A stretch of 62,817 bases of DNA, the filler included, from Nitrospinota bacterium (GTDB taxonomy: Bacteria; JADFOP01): NCBI GenBank assembly GCA_022562795.1. It is 9 parts of 9 records of this genome, joined end to end, with 100 filler letters (N's around TTAATTAATTAA, not from the genome) between each part and the next. Parts side by side here need not be neighbours in the genome. Positions count along the whole stretch, not along the records: positions 36,650 to 39,762 come from JADFOP010000081.1; positions 39,863 to 42,893 come from JADFOP010000082.1; positions 42,994 to 54,087 come from JADFOP010000055.1; 6 more parts are not named here. One strand, 5' to 3'. The notes below the pieces were generated by a model that did no database searches, had not been told where the DNA came from, and saw only the letters and a program-made list of their open reading frames with translations. Position numbers and translations under genes: made by a program. This document shows, piece after piece, positions 38,742 to 49,997 of this stretch. Numbering within the stretch: position 1 is the stretch's first letter; each line of letters starts with the position of its first letter.

Positions 38742-38770
38742 TTGACTTTCGGTGCAGAAAGTAGTATATT
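38742..38770 (+). promoter_or_regulatory. sigma70-type promoter, near-leaderless
   Basis: TTGACT-17 bp-TATATT, ATG 9 nt downstream, no SD. Confidence 0.65.
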
Positions 38771-38779
38771 CATTTTCCG

Positions 38780-39181
38780 ATGGAAATCTGGCGCGACTGG
38801 ATTAAAGAGTGGTTCGAGGTACGATATGACCATGTATTCATTTCCTTTCTTCCCAATAAGGACAAAGATGAAAATGAATTCGACGTTGAACCATGGGAGA
38901 TAAAAGCGCTCGAACTTCAAGGGCGACTCTTTCGAGGGGCGACCTCGTACCCATCGCGGGGGTCTTTTCGTAGGATTGATGACAAAGAGGTTATGACGAC
39001 GGGCGTGATGTTAGAGCAGACACGGATGGTTGTTTCCTTTGTCACGAAAGAGGAGCTAACAGAACAGGCGTTAGAGGAACTTTCAGGGTTCCTCAAAGAA
39101 TTTGGGAGAGAGACGGCTCAACGGAGTGTAGCGTTCGTTCTAGATGGGGAGATGTATTATATTGATATAGAAGAGGGTTAA
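38780..39181 (+). CDS. hypothetical protein with PII-like/DUF3574-like pattern (133 aa)
   Basis: F-G-T-x4-G-x-F...E...Q-x-SV spacing; lower GC; own promoter. Confidence 0.7.
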   Translation: MEIWRDWIKEWFEVRYDHVFISFLPNKDKDENEFDVEPWEIKALELQGRLFRGATSYPSRGSFRRIDDKEVMTTGVMLEQTRMVVSFVTKEELTEQALEELSGFLKEFGRETAQRSVAFVLDGEMYYIDIEEG

Positions 39182-39194
39182 TAGGAGAACGATA

Positions 39195-39542
39195 ATGCCA
39201 AAAAAGCTAGTTACCCCATCAAAGGTTAAGAAAATCACAGGGGCTTCGCGTCATGAATCCGTTCGTATTCCCTTTTACTTTGCGCCACCGTTTTTAGATG
39301 AGCTCCGAGAGTGGCTCAAGTCTCACCTTTCTTCGAGTGGCGGGCGTCCAACCATTGAGAAGTTGGACGTCGTCAGAAAGGTTCGGTTTTCAGAAGAGAG
39401 TTGGAGAGAGTTAGAGTCCATTTCGAAAAGTTGGGACATGGGCGGTGTTTCCGTGAGTCCATCTCAAGTTGCTGCGTCGATTTTGGAGGCCGTTATTTCT
39501 GAGTACAAGTCGAAAAGATTGGAAAACGAATCCGATGAGTAG
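39195..39542 (+). CDS. hypothetical protein with C-terminal RHH-like region (115 aa)
   Basis: RBS AGGAG; GGRP then RKVRFSEESWRELE...SPSQVAASILE. Confidence 0.7.
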   Translation: MPKKLVTPSKVKKITGASRHESVRIPFYFAPPFLDELREWLKSHLSSSGGRPTIEKLDVVRKVRFSEESWRELESISKSWDMGGVSVSPSQVAASILEAVISEYKSKRLENESDE

Positions 39543-40402
39543 GGTCTGCTCAAAATAGGGGCGGGGACAGGTCGGCTCCGCCTAAGGCGGAACCCCGACA
39601 CGACCTGTGGACGCCGGGGCAGAGGGGTCTGGGGCGGGGAAGGAGAGACGCCGGGCCGCCGACCACCTCCTCAGTGGTGCCAGGTGGCCTCACTCGGATC
39701 AAATGTCCGGGAAGCTGGGAACCAGAACCCTTTACGGATATGCGGTAAAGTGAAAAAGAAACNNNNNNNNNNNNNNNNNNNNNNNNNNNNNNNNNNNNNN
39801 NNNNNNTTAATTAATTAANNNNNNNNNNNNNNNNNNNNNNNNNNNNNNNNNNNNNNNNNNNNGGGACAAAACTGCAAAATTGGGGGCTAGGCGAATGCTT
39901 GATAATGGTGAAAGCCAAAAAGAGGCGATCCGGCCAGATTTCAACATGCATATTAGAACGTGTGACCAAAGGTGGGCCGAAGAAGGGATTTAGGTCTTGG
40001 CTAGGAAGCTGCCGCATAATCTGGGCTTAAGAGGCTGCCCTTGCCCCTCGGAACGACCTTCCATGCTGCCTGGCCACTTCGCAAAAGGTCGTATTTCACC
40101 CAGATTTACCCCTATCCCGTTGAAAATGAAAGGGGTAATACCCTGTGATTGGCGCAACTAAAAAATGCTTGTTGTATTTCATCGCCCATGGAGGTATATT
40201 TATTTTACCCCATCCGATTAGTCCGATTTCACGTTGCCAAGAAAAGGCGCGATGCTGCCCCGAGAAGAGAGGGAGTGTTAGTAATCCGTAGCCGTTTCGG
40301 GCAAGCTGCCATATTGGGGGGTTAGCGCGGGGCTTATTTCTTGGTGGAGGGAATAGTTACCCCCGCCTCCCATATTCACAACGCATATCTCGGAAGAGAT
40401 TT

Positions 40403-42057
40403 ATGGGCTCACATGACATTTGGGACTTAATTAAACGCCTCAACACGATTGCCATCGCGTTGACCAGTGAGAGCTCATGGGACCTGCTCCTTGAGCGGAT
40501 TCTCACCGAAGCCCGCTCCTTTACCAACTGTGACGCCGGGACATTCTACCTCCTTGAGGATGGGGCGCTCTCCTTCCGGGTTGTCCAGTGCGACACCCTG
40601 GCCAAACGCCCGCCCGCTGCCTGGCCCCCCTTTCCCGATATGTCTCTGCCTATTGATGCTAATAGCATCGCAGGCTATGTTGCTCTANNNNNNNNNNCCA
40701 CTCGTTGGTGGACGAGCCCTTCGGCTACACCTCGACCTCCATCCTGACCCTACCTCTTCTCAGCCCTAAGCAGGAGATGCTTGGAGTGATCCAGCTAATC
40801 AACGCCCTCGACGACGAAGGCAACGTGGTGTCATTCAGTCCGCAATTGGTAGAGCTATGTAGCTTGTTGGCATCTCAGGCAGCTGTCGCCTTGAACAACT
40901 CCCGGCTCTACGGCAAGCTTCAGGATGCACACGACTTCTACCAAGAGCTGGTCGGAGAGGCGGGGGATGCCATCGTTGCCCTCGACCGGGAAGGGACGAT
41001 TCTCACATGGAACACCGGAGCCGAGCGGATGTTCGGCTGGACGGCCCAGGAAGTCCTAGGCCGCCACTTCCTTGAACTTCAGAAGGCCGACGATTTAGAA
41101 CAGATAACGGAGCATATGAGGCGGGCTTCCGAAGGCGAGATGTTGAGTAACGTTGAGGTGCGTCACAGCAGGAAAGACGGGACGACCTTTGACGCCATCC
41201 TCACGGTCTCACAAGTCCGCGACCAAAAAGGTGAGGTCATCGCCATCCATGGCATCTACAAGGATATCACCGAGCGTAGGAAGGCTGAACAAGAGCTAAG
41301 GAGGGCCCATGAAGAGACTAAGCAGGCTTACAGAGCTCTTGAGCGGACCCAGGCCTCCGCCGTCGCCGCCGAGAAGCTGGCGGCCGTGGGTCTGCTGACC
41401 GCCGGCGTCTCCCACGAGATACTAAACCCCCTGAACATCATAATTCTGCGTCTCCACACGTTGATCGGCAATCCCGACACTCCCCCGGAGGTTACTCGAA
41501 ACCTGCGAATCATGGAGAAGCATGCCAACCGTATTACGAAGATCACCCGCGACCTCCTCTCCTTCTCCCGCCAGCGAGAGCCCGAGCTCCGCCTTATCGA
41601 TCTCAACGAATCGATTAAGCGAACTCTCAGCCTCGTCGAGCATGGTCTACGGATACAAAACATTGAAGTGGAGCCTAAGCTCGCAGATGAACTGCCATCG
41701 GTCTTAGCCGACCAGGACCAGCTCCAGCAGGTGGTCCTCAACCTCCTAACCAACGCGAAGGACGCCATGCCAGACGGGGGCCGTCTCGTTCTTAGCACCG
41801 AGAGTGTCCTGGAGAATGGTGAGCAGTTTGTAGAGTTCCGGGTCGAGGACACAGGCCCGGGTATCACCCCTGAGCACTTGGAGAAGGTCTTTGACCCCTT
41901 CTTTACCACTAAGAGCGAGGGCGAGGGCACAGGCCTGGGGCTTTCCATATGTCAAGGCATTATCGAGACTCATGGGGGAACCATTTGGGCCAAAAATGGC
42001 GCTGACGGCGGAGCGTCTTTTGTCATCAGACTGGCCGCAGAAGGATTAAAGATATGA
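40403..42057 (+). CDS. GAF-PAS sensor histidine kinase, interrupted by N gap 40688..40697
   Basis: GAF (DAGTFYL, SIAGYVA, GVIQLIN), PAS, H box SHEILNPL, NAKDA, DTGPG, FDPFFTTK, GTGLGL. Confidence 0.88.
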
Positions 42058-42893
42058 CGAATAAAATATTAGTGGTAGACGATGAGCCTGATTTCTGCGA
42101 GGCGCTTCGAGACTTGCTAAAGGACAATGGCTTCAGCGTTACTGAGGCCTACGACGGCGAACAAGCCCTGGCGGCCTACAAACGGGAGAGGCCCGATGTG
42201 GTTCTGCTCGACATCAGGATGCCAGGCCAATCCGGGCTTGAGGTCTTGAAGGCGATGGGCCAGCAAAGTCAGGACACTTTGGTCATTATGACGACGGCTG
42301 TCGACGAGGTAGCCACTGCCGTGGAGGCTATGAAGCTTGGAGCGTATGACTATCTGGTCAAACCCATCAGCACTGAGCATCTTAACGCTACATTGGAGAG
42401 GGCCAGGGAGCACTGCGCCCTTAAGCAGGAGGTAGTGCGCCGACGGGCCCTCCAGCGGGACGAGTTTTCCCTGGAGGGGGTCGTGGTGGCCAGTCCCTCG
42501 ATGATGGAGGTTTTCGAGCTCGCTGGAACCCTCGGTCGTGCCGACCGTGCGACGGTGCTTATTACCGGCGAGACGGGGACGGGTAAAGAGTTGGTGGCCC
42601 GCGCCATCCACCGCTCGAGCCCCCGGTTCGATCAGCCGCTCGTGGTGGTCAACTGCGGTGCTATCCCGAAGGATCTGATGGAGGCCGAGCTATTGGGCTA
42701 CGCTAAGGGGGCCTTCACTGGAGCGGTTACGGGCGGCAAGAAGGGCAAGGTGGAGTTGGCCCACCGGGGGACCCTCTTTCTTGATGAGATTTCGGAGCTT
42801 CCTGCTGGGGCCCAGACGGTGCTGCTGCGGATACTCGACGGCCAGCCCTTCTACCCTGTGGGTTCCAACCGGGAGGTGCAAGCCGATGTTCGG
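42054..42893 (+). CDS. sigma-54-dependent response regulator (NtrC family), truncated
   Basis: Receiver domain, GETGTGKE, GAFTGA, LFLDEI. Confidence 0.93.
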
Positions 42894-43084
42894 NNNNNNN
42901 NNNNNNNNNNNNNNNNNNNNNNNNNNNNNNNNNNNNNTTAATTAATTAANNNNNNNNNNNNNNNNNNNNNNNNNNNNNNNNNNNNNNNNNNNNGTTAGAC
43001 GGGCGGGTCGCTGCCCAAAAGGCCGGACACCCACGAGGGGTGTCCCTACACAGGATTAGGCCAAAAAAGGAGGAGGAAGAGAGG

Positions 43085-44812
43085 ATGAAGGGAATGATGG
43101 GAACAGGAAGAATCGCTCGTGGAAGCCTCGTAGCGCTGTCGGCGCTGCTGTCGCTCGCTCTTGCCGCCGGGCCGGCCTTTGGGGCTACGATAGTCGTACC
43201 CAACGATGAGCCCACCATCCAGGACGCGGTGGACGCGGCGAAGAAAGGCGATACTATTGTGGTCAAGAAAGGCGGCGGGCTCGGCCCCAACGGGGAGTAC
43301 CACGAGTCCGTGGATATAGATACTGATGACATCACCATCAAGTGCGAGAGGGGCGCGGTCATCGACGGTGCCATCCCGAGCGACGCCCCGGGCGGCGCCC
43401 GGGTCCTGACCACCGACGGGATCGACGTCGATGCGGACGATGTCACGATTGACGGCTGCACGGTGCAGCACTTCTTCTTCGCAGACGGCATCGATGTGTT
43501 TGGGGACGGCGCCACCATCAAGAACAACACCCTGCTTAACAACCTCGGTGACGGCCTTGAACTGGACGGTGACAATTTCCTGGTAAAGAACAACACGGCC
43601 ATCAACAATGGCTTCACCTTGGAGATTCCGGTTAATGGCGTAATCAATATCCCCCTATTTGGCGACGGCTTCAATATCGGCAGCAGCGACGGGACCATTG
43701 TGGGCAACACCGCCATCGCAAATACAATTGATGGGTTCAACATCGGGTCCAGTGACAGTAAGAATATCAAAATACTGCGCAACAGGGCGTTCCGAAACAA
43801 TAGCGATGGTTTCGATATCGAAGGAGATGACCACTCCATTATCGGCAACAGGGCCGAGGTCAATGAAGGTGACGGCTTCGACCTGGATGACATGGACAGG
43901 GCTATTGTGGCGAATAATCTCGCCCGGGGCAATGACGAAGACGGCTTTGAATTTGATGATACCGATGATTCCACCATCCGAAGGAATGTCGCGATCGAAA
44001 ATGGTGATGACGGCTTCGATCACGACAACTGCAGCAACGACGCCAACAAGTTTGAAAGGAATCTCGCCATCGGGAACGAAAGCGAGGGTTTCGTTAGCTG
44101 CGGCGACCGCAACGAGTTTGTGAACAACCGGGCGATTGAAAACCAGAGCGAAGGGTTCGACCTCGACTGCGATGATGATGGTCTTGCCCCTACTGGTGAA
44201 TGCACCGGCCCGATTATAGGCAACCGCTCCATCCGGAACGCCGACGATGAGGGCTTCCGCCTCCAGGACTTCGAGAAGACCACCATCTCAGGCAACAAGG
44301 CCATAGGAAACAATGAAGAAGGCTTCGAAATCAATAACGTCGATAAAACTCTCTTTGAGAACAACCTCGCCAGAGACAACGGCCAGGAAGGCTTCGGGGT
44401 CTTTAGTGGCAGCGACTCCAACACCTTCAAAAACAACCGGAGCATAGGGAACGCCGAGGACGGCTTTAAGATAAACGACTCCGACACGAATACGTTTATT
44501 AAGAACACCATCACGAAAAACTTCGGGGATGGGTTCGACATCGACGACACAGACTCCGACGACAACATCATCGACGGCAACACCGTGAGAAACAACCGCG
44601 GGACGGGTATCGAGAACAACGGCGGCGCCGGCGGTGATACGATTATCAAGAACAACACGATGAAGGGCAACAGGACCGACCTGGCCGGCAAGGGAGACGA
44701 CGATACCGATTCTGATTGCAGCGGCTTCGGCGGCGGCGTGGATGACGGCTTCGGCAACACCTTCGTCACCGGCGGGTTCGACGTCTGCACCCCCGGCACG
44801 GGGGATGAGTAG
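43085..44812 (+). CDS. secreted acidic right-handed parallel beta-helix repeat protein
   Basis: Signal peptide, PTIQDAVDAA-GDTI, many N-A-x-N-x-x-DGF repeats of ~22-24 aa. Confidence 0.88.
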   Translation: MKGMMGTGRIARGSLVALSALLSLALAAGPAFGATIVVPNDEPTIQDAVDAAKKGDTIVVKKGGGLGPNGEYHESVDIDTDDITIKCERGAVIDGAIPSDAPGGARVLTTDGIDVDADDVTIDGCTVQHFFFADGIDVFGDGATIKNNTLLNNLGDGLELDGDNFLVKNNTAINNGFTLEIPVNGVINIPLFGDGFNIGSSDGTIVGNTAIANTIDGFNIGSSDSKNIKILRNRAFRNNSDGFDIEGDDHSIIGNRAEVNEGDGFDLDDMDRAIVANNLARGNDEDGFEFDDTDDSTIRRNVAIENGDDGFDHDNCSNDANKFERNLAIGNESEGFVSCGDRNEFVNNRAIENQSEGFDLDCDDDGLAPTGECTGPIIGNRSIRNADDEGFRLQDFEKTTISGNKAIGNNEEGFEINNVDKTLFENNLARDNGQEGFGVFSGSDSNTFKNNRSIGNAEDGFKINDSDTNTFIKNTITKNFGDGFDIDDTDSDDNIIDGNTVRNNRGTGIENNGGAGGDTIIKNNTMKGNRTDLAGKGDDDTDSDCSGFGGGVDDGFGNTFVTGGFDVCTPGTGDE

Positions 44813-44822
44813 GATTATTTAG

Positions 44823-45015
44823 TCCGCCTGAGGCGGATTTATGGATGTTCGCTCGGACAGGGGTAAACCCTGTCTCTACACGGGCACAAGACTCGCCATT
44901 CAAGCAGGGCGCCCAAACTGGGCGCCCTGTTTTTTTATGTAGGGACAGCCTTTATGGCTGTCCGGCCTTTAAGGGGTGCGACCCGCCCTTCCAACCCACG
45001 GACATCCGCCTGAGG
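44823..45015. repeat. REP-like cluster (another single REP at 43023..43050)
   Basis: CCGCCTGAGGCGG, CGGACAGGGGTAAACCCTGTCTCTACA, TGTAGGGACAGCCTTTATGGCTGTCCG. Confidence 0.8.
44904..44937 (+). terminator. rho-independent terminator after beta-helix gene
   Basis: GCAGGGCGCCCA-AAC-TGGGCGCCCTGT followed by T run. Confidence 0.8.
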
Positions 45016-45041
45016 CCCTCCCTCAAATCACCGCCGCTCCG

Positions 45042-46901
45042 TCAGCCTCGACGGATTCCCTCGACAATCTCGGCCACCACCTCGTAGCGGCCGAAAGAGG
45101 GCATGAGGTAGGTGCCCTTGACCAGGGGCGCGGCCTCCTCGAGGAACTCCACGGCCAGCTCCACGCCAACCTGACGGGCCTTATCGCCGGCATCCTGAAG
45201 CCGCTTGCGGACATCTTCGGGGATCTCTATCCCCGGGACCTCGTTGTGGAGGAAGGAGGCGTGGCGGAAGCTCATCAGCGGCAGGACTCCGAGCAGGACC
45301 GGGATTGTGAGGCCGAGCTCCTCGCACCGCTCGCGGAACCTCCGCAGGGTGGAGAGCTCGAAGAGGGGCTGGGTCATGGCGAGCTCCGCCCCGGCTTCAA
45401 TTTTCCTCCGGTACCGGCCCATCTCGGCCTCCAGGTCCGGGTCGGCGGGGTTGACGGCGCAGATGACGAAGAAGCGCGCCGGCTCCCCGATCGCGTGGTC
45501 CGAGAGGTCCTTGCCCTCGTTGAGCTTATGAAGAATGTGGATGAGCCCCACGCTATCGACGTCGAAAACGGGTGTTGCGTCCTGACAGTCGCCGATGCGG
45601 GGGGGGTCGCCGGTGAGGGCCAGGATGTTCCGGATGCCGACGGCGTGCGCGCCCAGCAGGTCGCTCTGCAGGCCCATGAGGTTTCTATCCCGCGTGGTGA
45701 AGTGGATAATGGTCTCGATGCCCACCTCCCGCTGAATCAGGTAGGCCATGGCCAGACACCCCATCCGGACCCGCGCCATGGGGCTGTCGGCGACGTTGAT
45801 GAGGTCCGCCCCGGCGGCTTTCAGTATGGCCGCCCCTTCGATGTCTTTTCTGGGGTTCGTCCCCTTGGGTGGGTCGACCTCGACGCTCACCACGAAGTGG
45901 TCCTGCTCCACGAGATGGGCCAGGTGGCTCTTCGCCTCGGCGGGCGGGGCGAATACCTCCTCTTGGCGGCCCACCTCTATCGTCTCCCGGTGGGCGGCGG
46001 CGACCGACTCCACGGGCGGGGCGAGCTCGACCAGGGCCTTCCCCATGGCGCGGACGTGGTCGGGGGTCGTCCCGCAGCATCCGCCGATAATCTGGGCGCC
46101 CGCCTCGGCGAAGGCCGCGGCATACTCAGCCACGTATTCCGGCGAAGAGAGATAGATGTAGCGGTCCTGGACGATCCGGGGCATGCCGGCGTTCGGGTGG
46201 ACGCTGAGGGGCAGGTCGGTGAGCTCGCGCATCCTGGCGATGACGTCGAGCATGCCTTGGGGCCCCACGGAGCAGTTCGCCCCGATGACGGCCACGTCCA
46301 GCGCCGAGAGACCCTCCACGACCTCCTCCACCGTGTGGCCGCGAGAGGTCTTGCCGTCTTCGTTGAAGGTCATCTGGGCGATAATGGGCAGGTCCGTCAG
46401 CTCCTGGATGGCGAGAACGGCCTCGGTCACCTCGTCTAAATCGTAGAAGGTCTCAACGGTGAAGCAGTCGACACCGCCTTCGAGAAGACCTTCGGCCACC
46501 TCGCGGAAGACTTCGCGGGCCTCCTCGCGGGTTATCTTGCCGACGGGCCTCAGGGGTTTCCCCAGGGGACCGACGGAGCCCGCGATGAAGACCGGCTCGC
46601 CCGAGATGTCCCTTGCGTACTTAGCCGTCTTGGCGCCCCACAGGGTGAACTCCCGGACCTTGTCTTCCATACCATAGGAGGCGAGACGGACCCGGTTGGC
46701 CCCGAAGGTATTGGTCTCGATGAGCTCGCTTCCGGCGCGGATGTAGTTAAGATGAACGTCTTGGACAAGCGAGGGGGTCGAACGGTTGAGCTCCTCGAAG
46801 CACCGCTCGAGCGACACCCCCTGAGCGTAGAGCATCGTCCCCATGGCGCCGTCGGAAAGCAGCAGTCCGCGTGAGAGGCGCTCTACAAAGGGATGAGCCA
46901 T
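45042..46901 (-). CDS. bifunctional homocysteine S-methyltransferase / methylenetetrahydrofolate reductase (YitJ-like)
   Basis: DGAMGTML, ETNTFGAN, GANCSVGP, GGCCGTTP; VEVDPPKG, ADSPMAR, TTRDRN, LHNEVPG. Confidence 0.93.
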   Translation of the reverse strand: MAHPFVERLSRGLLLSDGAMGTMLYAQGVSLERCFEELNRSTPSLVQDVHLNYIRAGSELIETNTFGANRVRLASYGMEDKVREFTLWGAKTAKYARDISGEPVFIAGSVGPLGKPLRPVGKITREEAREVFREVAEGLLEGGVDCFTVETFYDLDEVTEAVLAIQELTDLPIIAQMTFNEDGKTSRGHTVEEVVEGLSALDVAVIGANCSVGPQGMLDVIARMRELTDLPLSVHPNAGMPRIVQDRYIYLSSPEYVAEYAAAFAEAGAQIIGGCCGTTPDHVRAMGKALVELAPPVESVAAAHRETIEVGRQEEVFAPPAEAKSHLAHLVEQDHFVVSVEVDPPKGTNPRKDIEGAAILKAAGADLINVADSPMARVRMGCLAMAYLIQREVGIETIIHFTTRDRNLMGLQSDLLGAHAVGIRNILALTGDPPRIGDCQDATPVFDVDSVGLIHILHKLNEGKDLSDHAIGEPARFFVICAVNPADPDLEAEMGRYRRKIEAGAELAMTQPLFELSTLRRFRERCEELGLTIPVLLGVLPLMSFRHASFLHNEVPGIEIPEDVRKRLQDAGDKARQVGVELAVEFLEEAAPLVKGTYLMPSFGRYEVVAEIVEGIRRG

Positions 46902-47153
46902 TTCGCTTTCTCCGCTTATGTCAAACCAGCTTTGGAGGCATCACTATAGGCGAGTAGGCGGAATATGTAAAGATAGCGCATCTAGCTCCGCCTCGATGGG
47001 CTGCCGACCGTCGAAACATCGCGCTCCAAAGAAAATAGGTGGAGATGGAACGCCCCCGGCCTAACGAGAATTCCGACCCCGGCACGGTAAGGCGGGCTCC
47101 CAAGAGGTTGACAGCCATGCCCATAGGTGGCATATAGGAAAATAACCGTAGGT

Positions 47154-47229
47154 GGGCGGATAGCTCAGTTGGGAGAGCGCCGGCCTTACAAGCCGGAGGT
47201 CGTAGGTTCAAATCCTGCTCCGCCTACCA
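47154..47229 (+). tRNA. tRNA-Val(TAC)
   Basis: Cloverleaf, anticodon arm CCGGC-CTTACAA-GCCGG, GGTTCAAATCC, CCA. Confidence 0.95.
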
Positions 47230-47373
47230 TATTATTCGATTGCTTAGCGGAACGGCTCGGGCCACACCCTTCTTGGGTGTGGCCGCTTGGAGGCTTCGGA
47301 CCAACACCATTGTAAACGGGCCTTGCAGCATAACGTTTTTAGAGTAAGTAACTTAGTACGGGGAGGCGTTAGC

Positions 47374-47772
47374 TCAACGGCTCTTGAGGAGTTTGAGGGA
47401 GACAGAATTGATGCAGTAACGCTGGTTCGTCGGCGGGGGACCGTCGTTGAAGATGTGTCCGAGGTGGGCATCGCACACACTGCAGAGCACCTCGACCCTT
47501 CGCATCAAGATGCTATGATCATCTTCGGTTCTGATGTTTTCCGGTGACATAGGAGCCCAGAAGCTCGGCCAACCGGTACCGGAATCAAATTTCGTCTCGG
47601 AGCTGAACAGTTCGTTGCCACAACAGGCGCATTGGTAGCTCCCTTCGTCCTTGCAATCGAAGTACTCCCCTGAGAAGGGTTTTTCCGTTCCTTTATTCCG
47701 ACAGATCTCGAACTGCTCCGGCGTGAGAAGTTGTTTCCACTCCTCTTCTGACTTAACCACCTTGTTTTTCAT
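47374..47772 (-). CDS. msrB: peptide-methionine (R)-S-oxide reductase
   Basis: [33 protein letters not shown]. Confidence 0.96.
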   Translation of the reverse strand: MKNKVVKSEEEWKQLLTPEQFEICRNKGTEKPFSGEYFDCKDEGSYQCACCGNELFSSETKFDSGTGWPSFWAPMSPENIRTEDDHSILMRRVEVLCSVCDAHLGHIFNDGPPPTNQRYCINSVSLKLLKSR

Positions 47773-48076
47773 CCCTCAACACCCCTTCTCACTGAGCCAT
47801 TAGGCACCGCCCCCCAAAGTATATCAAACCCTATAGTGGCTCAGATGCGGGACCATCTCCTATTTACTCACCTTTCTTTAATAATACCTCAAATACGGTT
47901 GGTCTCGCCATCAATGGTGGCGCATGCGTCTCTTTCGAGTTCCGCCCGACTAAGGCCGGCAAGGATGCCTTCCTTTAGGGGGGACCGCCCAGGGCAGCCC
48001 CGGTTGCATTTATCCCACCCAGCCTGTAGAATCCCGTTGCCGAGAGACCCAAAGTAAGAGCCCGGACGAGGAACCC

Positions 48077-49507
48077 ATGGCCCGGCGAATCACCCCTCGG
48101 AGCGAGGACTACAACCAGTGGTACGTTGACGTAGTCCTTCAGGCGAAGCTCGCCGACTACGCCCCCGTCAAGGGCTGCATGGTTATACGGCCAAACGGTT
48201 ACGCGCTCTGGGAGAACATCCAGCAGGCCCTGGACGCGATGTTCAAGGCCACAGGTCACGTCAACGCCTACTTCCCCCTCCTCATCCCCGAGAGCTACCT
48301 GAAGAAGGAAGAGGAGCACATCGAGGGCTTCAAGCCCGAACTCGCCGTCGTCACCCACGGCGGGGGCAAAAAGCTCGAAGAGCCGCTCGTCATCCGCCCA
48401 ACGAGCGAGACCATCATCTGGCCGATGTTCAAGAAGTGGATTCAGAGCTATCGGGACCTCCCGCTCCTCATAAACCAGTGGGCGAACGTCGTCCGCTGGG
48501 AAATGCGCACCAGGCTTTTTCTTCGCACCCTTGAGTTCCTCTGGCAGGAGGGCCACACGGCACACGCGACCTTCGAGGAGGCCGAAGAGGAGGCGCTGAC
48601 CATCCTAGAGCTTTACCGCAGCTTCGCCGAAGAGTGGATGGCGATGCCGGTTGTAACGGGCCTCAAGACCGAGCGCGAGCGCTTCGCCGGGGCGCTTAAG
48701 ACCTACACCATCGAGGCCATGATGCAGGACCGCCGGGCCCTCCAGGCCGGCACCTCCCACAACCTGGGCCAGAACTTCGCCCGGGCCTTCGACGTCACCT
48801 TCCAGAACGAAAGAGGCGACCTAGAGCACGTCTGGGCCACGAGCTGGGGGGTCTCGACCCGCCTCATCGGCGCCCTCGTGATGGTCCACTCCGACGACCA
48901 GGGGCTCGTGCTGCCCCCGAAGCTCGCCCCCAATCAGGTCGTCGTCGTCCCCATCTTCAAGGGCGAGGCCGAACGGGCCCGTGTGCTGGAGGCGGCTGAG
49001 ACGCTCCGGGCCGCCCTCGGAGGCGACGTCCGATGCCACGTGGACTCCCGCGAGGAGCACACGCCGGGATGGAAGTTCAACGAGTGGGAGCTCTTGGGCG
49101 TGCCCGTGCGGGTGGAGGTCGGCCCCCGCGACCTGGAGCGAAGAGAGGTCGTCCTGGCCCGGCGCGACACGGGGGAGAAGGCCTCTGTTCCTCAGGAAGG
49201 GGCGGCCCAGGCGATCCGGGACCTCTTGGAGGCCGTCCAGGCAAATCTTTTATCTAGCGCCCTGGCCTTTCGTGACCAGCACACGCACGTCCTCGATGAC
49301 TTTGAGAAGCTCAAGGAGATAAACGAGGCCGGCGGCGGGTTCTTCAGCATCCACTGGTGCGGGGCCGAGCCGTGCGAGGATCGCCTCCAGGAAGAGACCA
49401 AGGTCACCATCCGGGCAATCCCGCTCGACGGCGAGGCCGAGGCCGGCCGCTGCATCCTCTGCGGCGGGGATAGCGAAAGACGGGTCGTCGCGGCGAGGGC
49501 GTATTGA
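48077..49507 (+). CDS. proS: proline--tRNA ligase (eukaryote/archaeal-like type)
   Basis: [37 protein letters not shown]-terminal ARAY. Confidence 0.96.
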   Translation: MARRITPRSEDYNQWYVDVVLQAKLADYAPVKGCMVIRPNGYALWENIQQALDAMFKATGHVNAYFPLLIPESYLKKEEEHIEGFKPELAVVTHGGGKKLEEPLVIRPTSETIIWPMFKKWIQSYRDLPLLINQWANVVRWEMRTRLFLRTLEFLWQEGHTAHATFEEAEEEALTILELYRSFAEEWMAMPVVTGLKTERERFAGALKTYTIEAMMQDRRALQAGTSHNLGQNFARAFDVTFQNERGDLEHVWATSWGVSTRLIGALVMVHSDDQGLVLPPKLAPNQVVVVPIFKGEAERARVLEAAETLRAALGGDVRCHVDSREEHTPGWKFNEWELLGVPVRVEVGPRDLERREVVLARRDTGEKASVPQEGAAQAIRDLLEAVQANLLSSALAFRDQHTHVLDDFEKLKEINEAGGGFFSIHWCGAEPCEDRLQEETKVTIRAIPLDGEAEAGRCILCGGDSERRVVAARAY

Positions 49508-49515
49508 GGAGCCCA

Positions 49516-49950
49516 ATGGCACGGTTGAAAAGGTCAAGAATGCACCTCAACTATTTCCTTGTGATTGTCGGCCTTTTTAGTCTTTGTTTTGCTGGAAGTG
49601 CAAACGGTCGGCAGAAGGTTTTCCATGCGACCACCTCCACCGACGGTGTCCAAAGGATAGAAGTTCTTGGGGGAGATTATTTCTTCGACCCGGATTACAT
49701 CATCGTTAAAGCGAATGTGCCGGTGGAAATCACGATCAAAAAAGATTCTATAATTGTTCCGCATAACATAACAATAGAGGCCCCGGATGCTGGAATTGAG
49801 GTTTCTGAATCCCTGAGCAGAACTCCAAAAGTTATACGGTTCACTCCTACGAAGCCTGGAAAATACGCCTTTTATTGCACTAAGAAACTGTTCTTTTCCA
49901 AAAGCCACAGGAAAAAAGGGATGGAAGGAGTGCTCGAAGTCCGTCCGTGA
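49516..49950 (+). CDS. cupredoxin domain protein
   Basis: Signal peptide, YFFDP, PHN, FYC...H...GMEG ligand pattern; lower GC. Confidence 0.8.
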   Translation: MARLKRSRMHLNYFLVIVGLFSLCFAGSANGRQKVFHATTSTDGVQRIEVLGGDYFFDPDYIIVKANVPVEITIKKDSIIVPHNITIEAPDAGIEVSESLSRTPKVIRFTPTKPGKYAFYCTKKLFFSKSHRKKGMEGVLEVRP

Positions 49951-49997
49951 GCTGCAATGATTCAGATTGCCAGCTACAAATAGGAGCCTCTCCTCCC

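Noticed and set aside
39863-40402. Long leader before the GAF-PAS kinase as a possible riboswitch
   Set aside because: No c-di-GMP or other riboswitch consensus recognisable by eye
40403-40769. Apparent frameshift in the histidine kinase
   Set aside because: Coincides with a 10-N scaffold gap of unknown true length
44976-46439. Long antisense ORFs (also 5112..6161, 42946..43977, 44020..44799, 54876..55547, 58024..58767)
   Set aside because: Shadow frames opposite well-supported genes in GC-rich DNA
47374-47772. MsrB as a second selenoprotein
   Set aside because: Catalytic position is Cys (RYCINS) and there is no in-frame TGA
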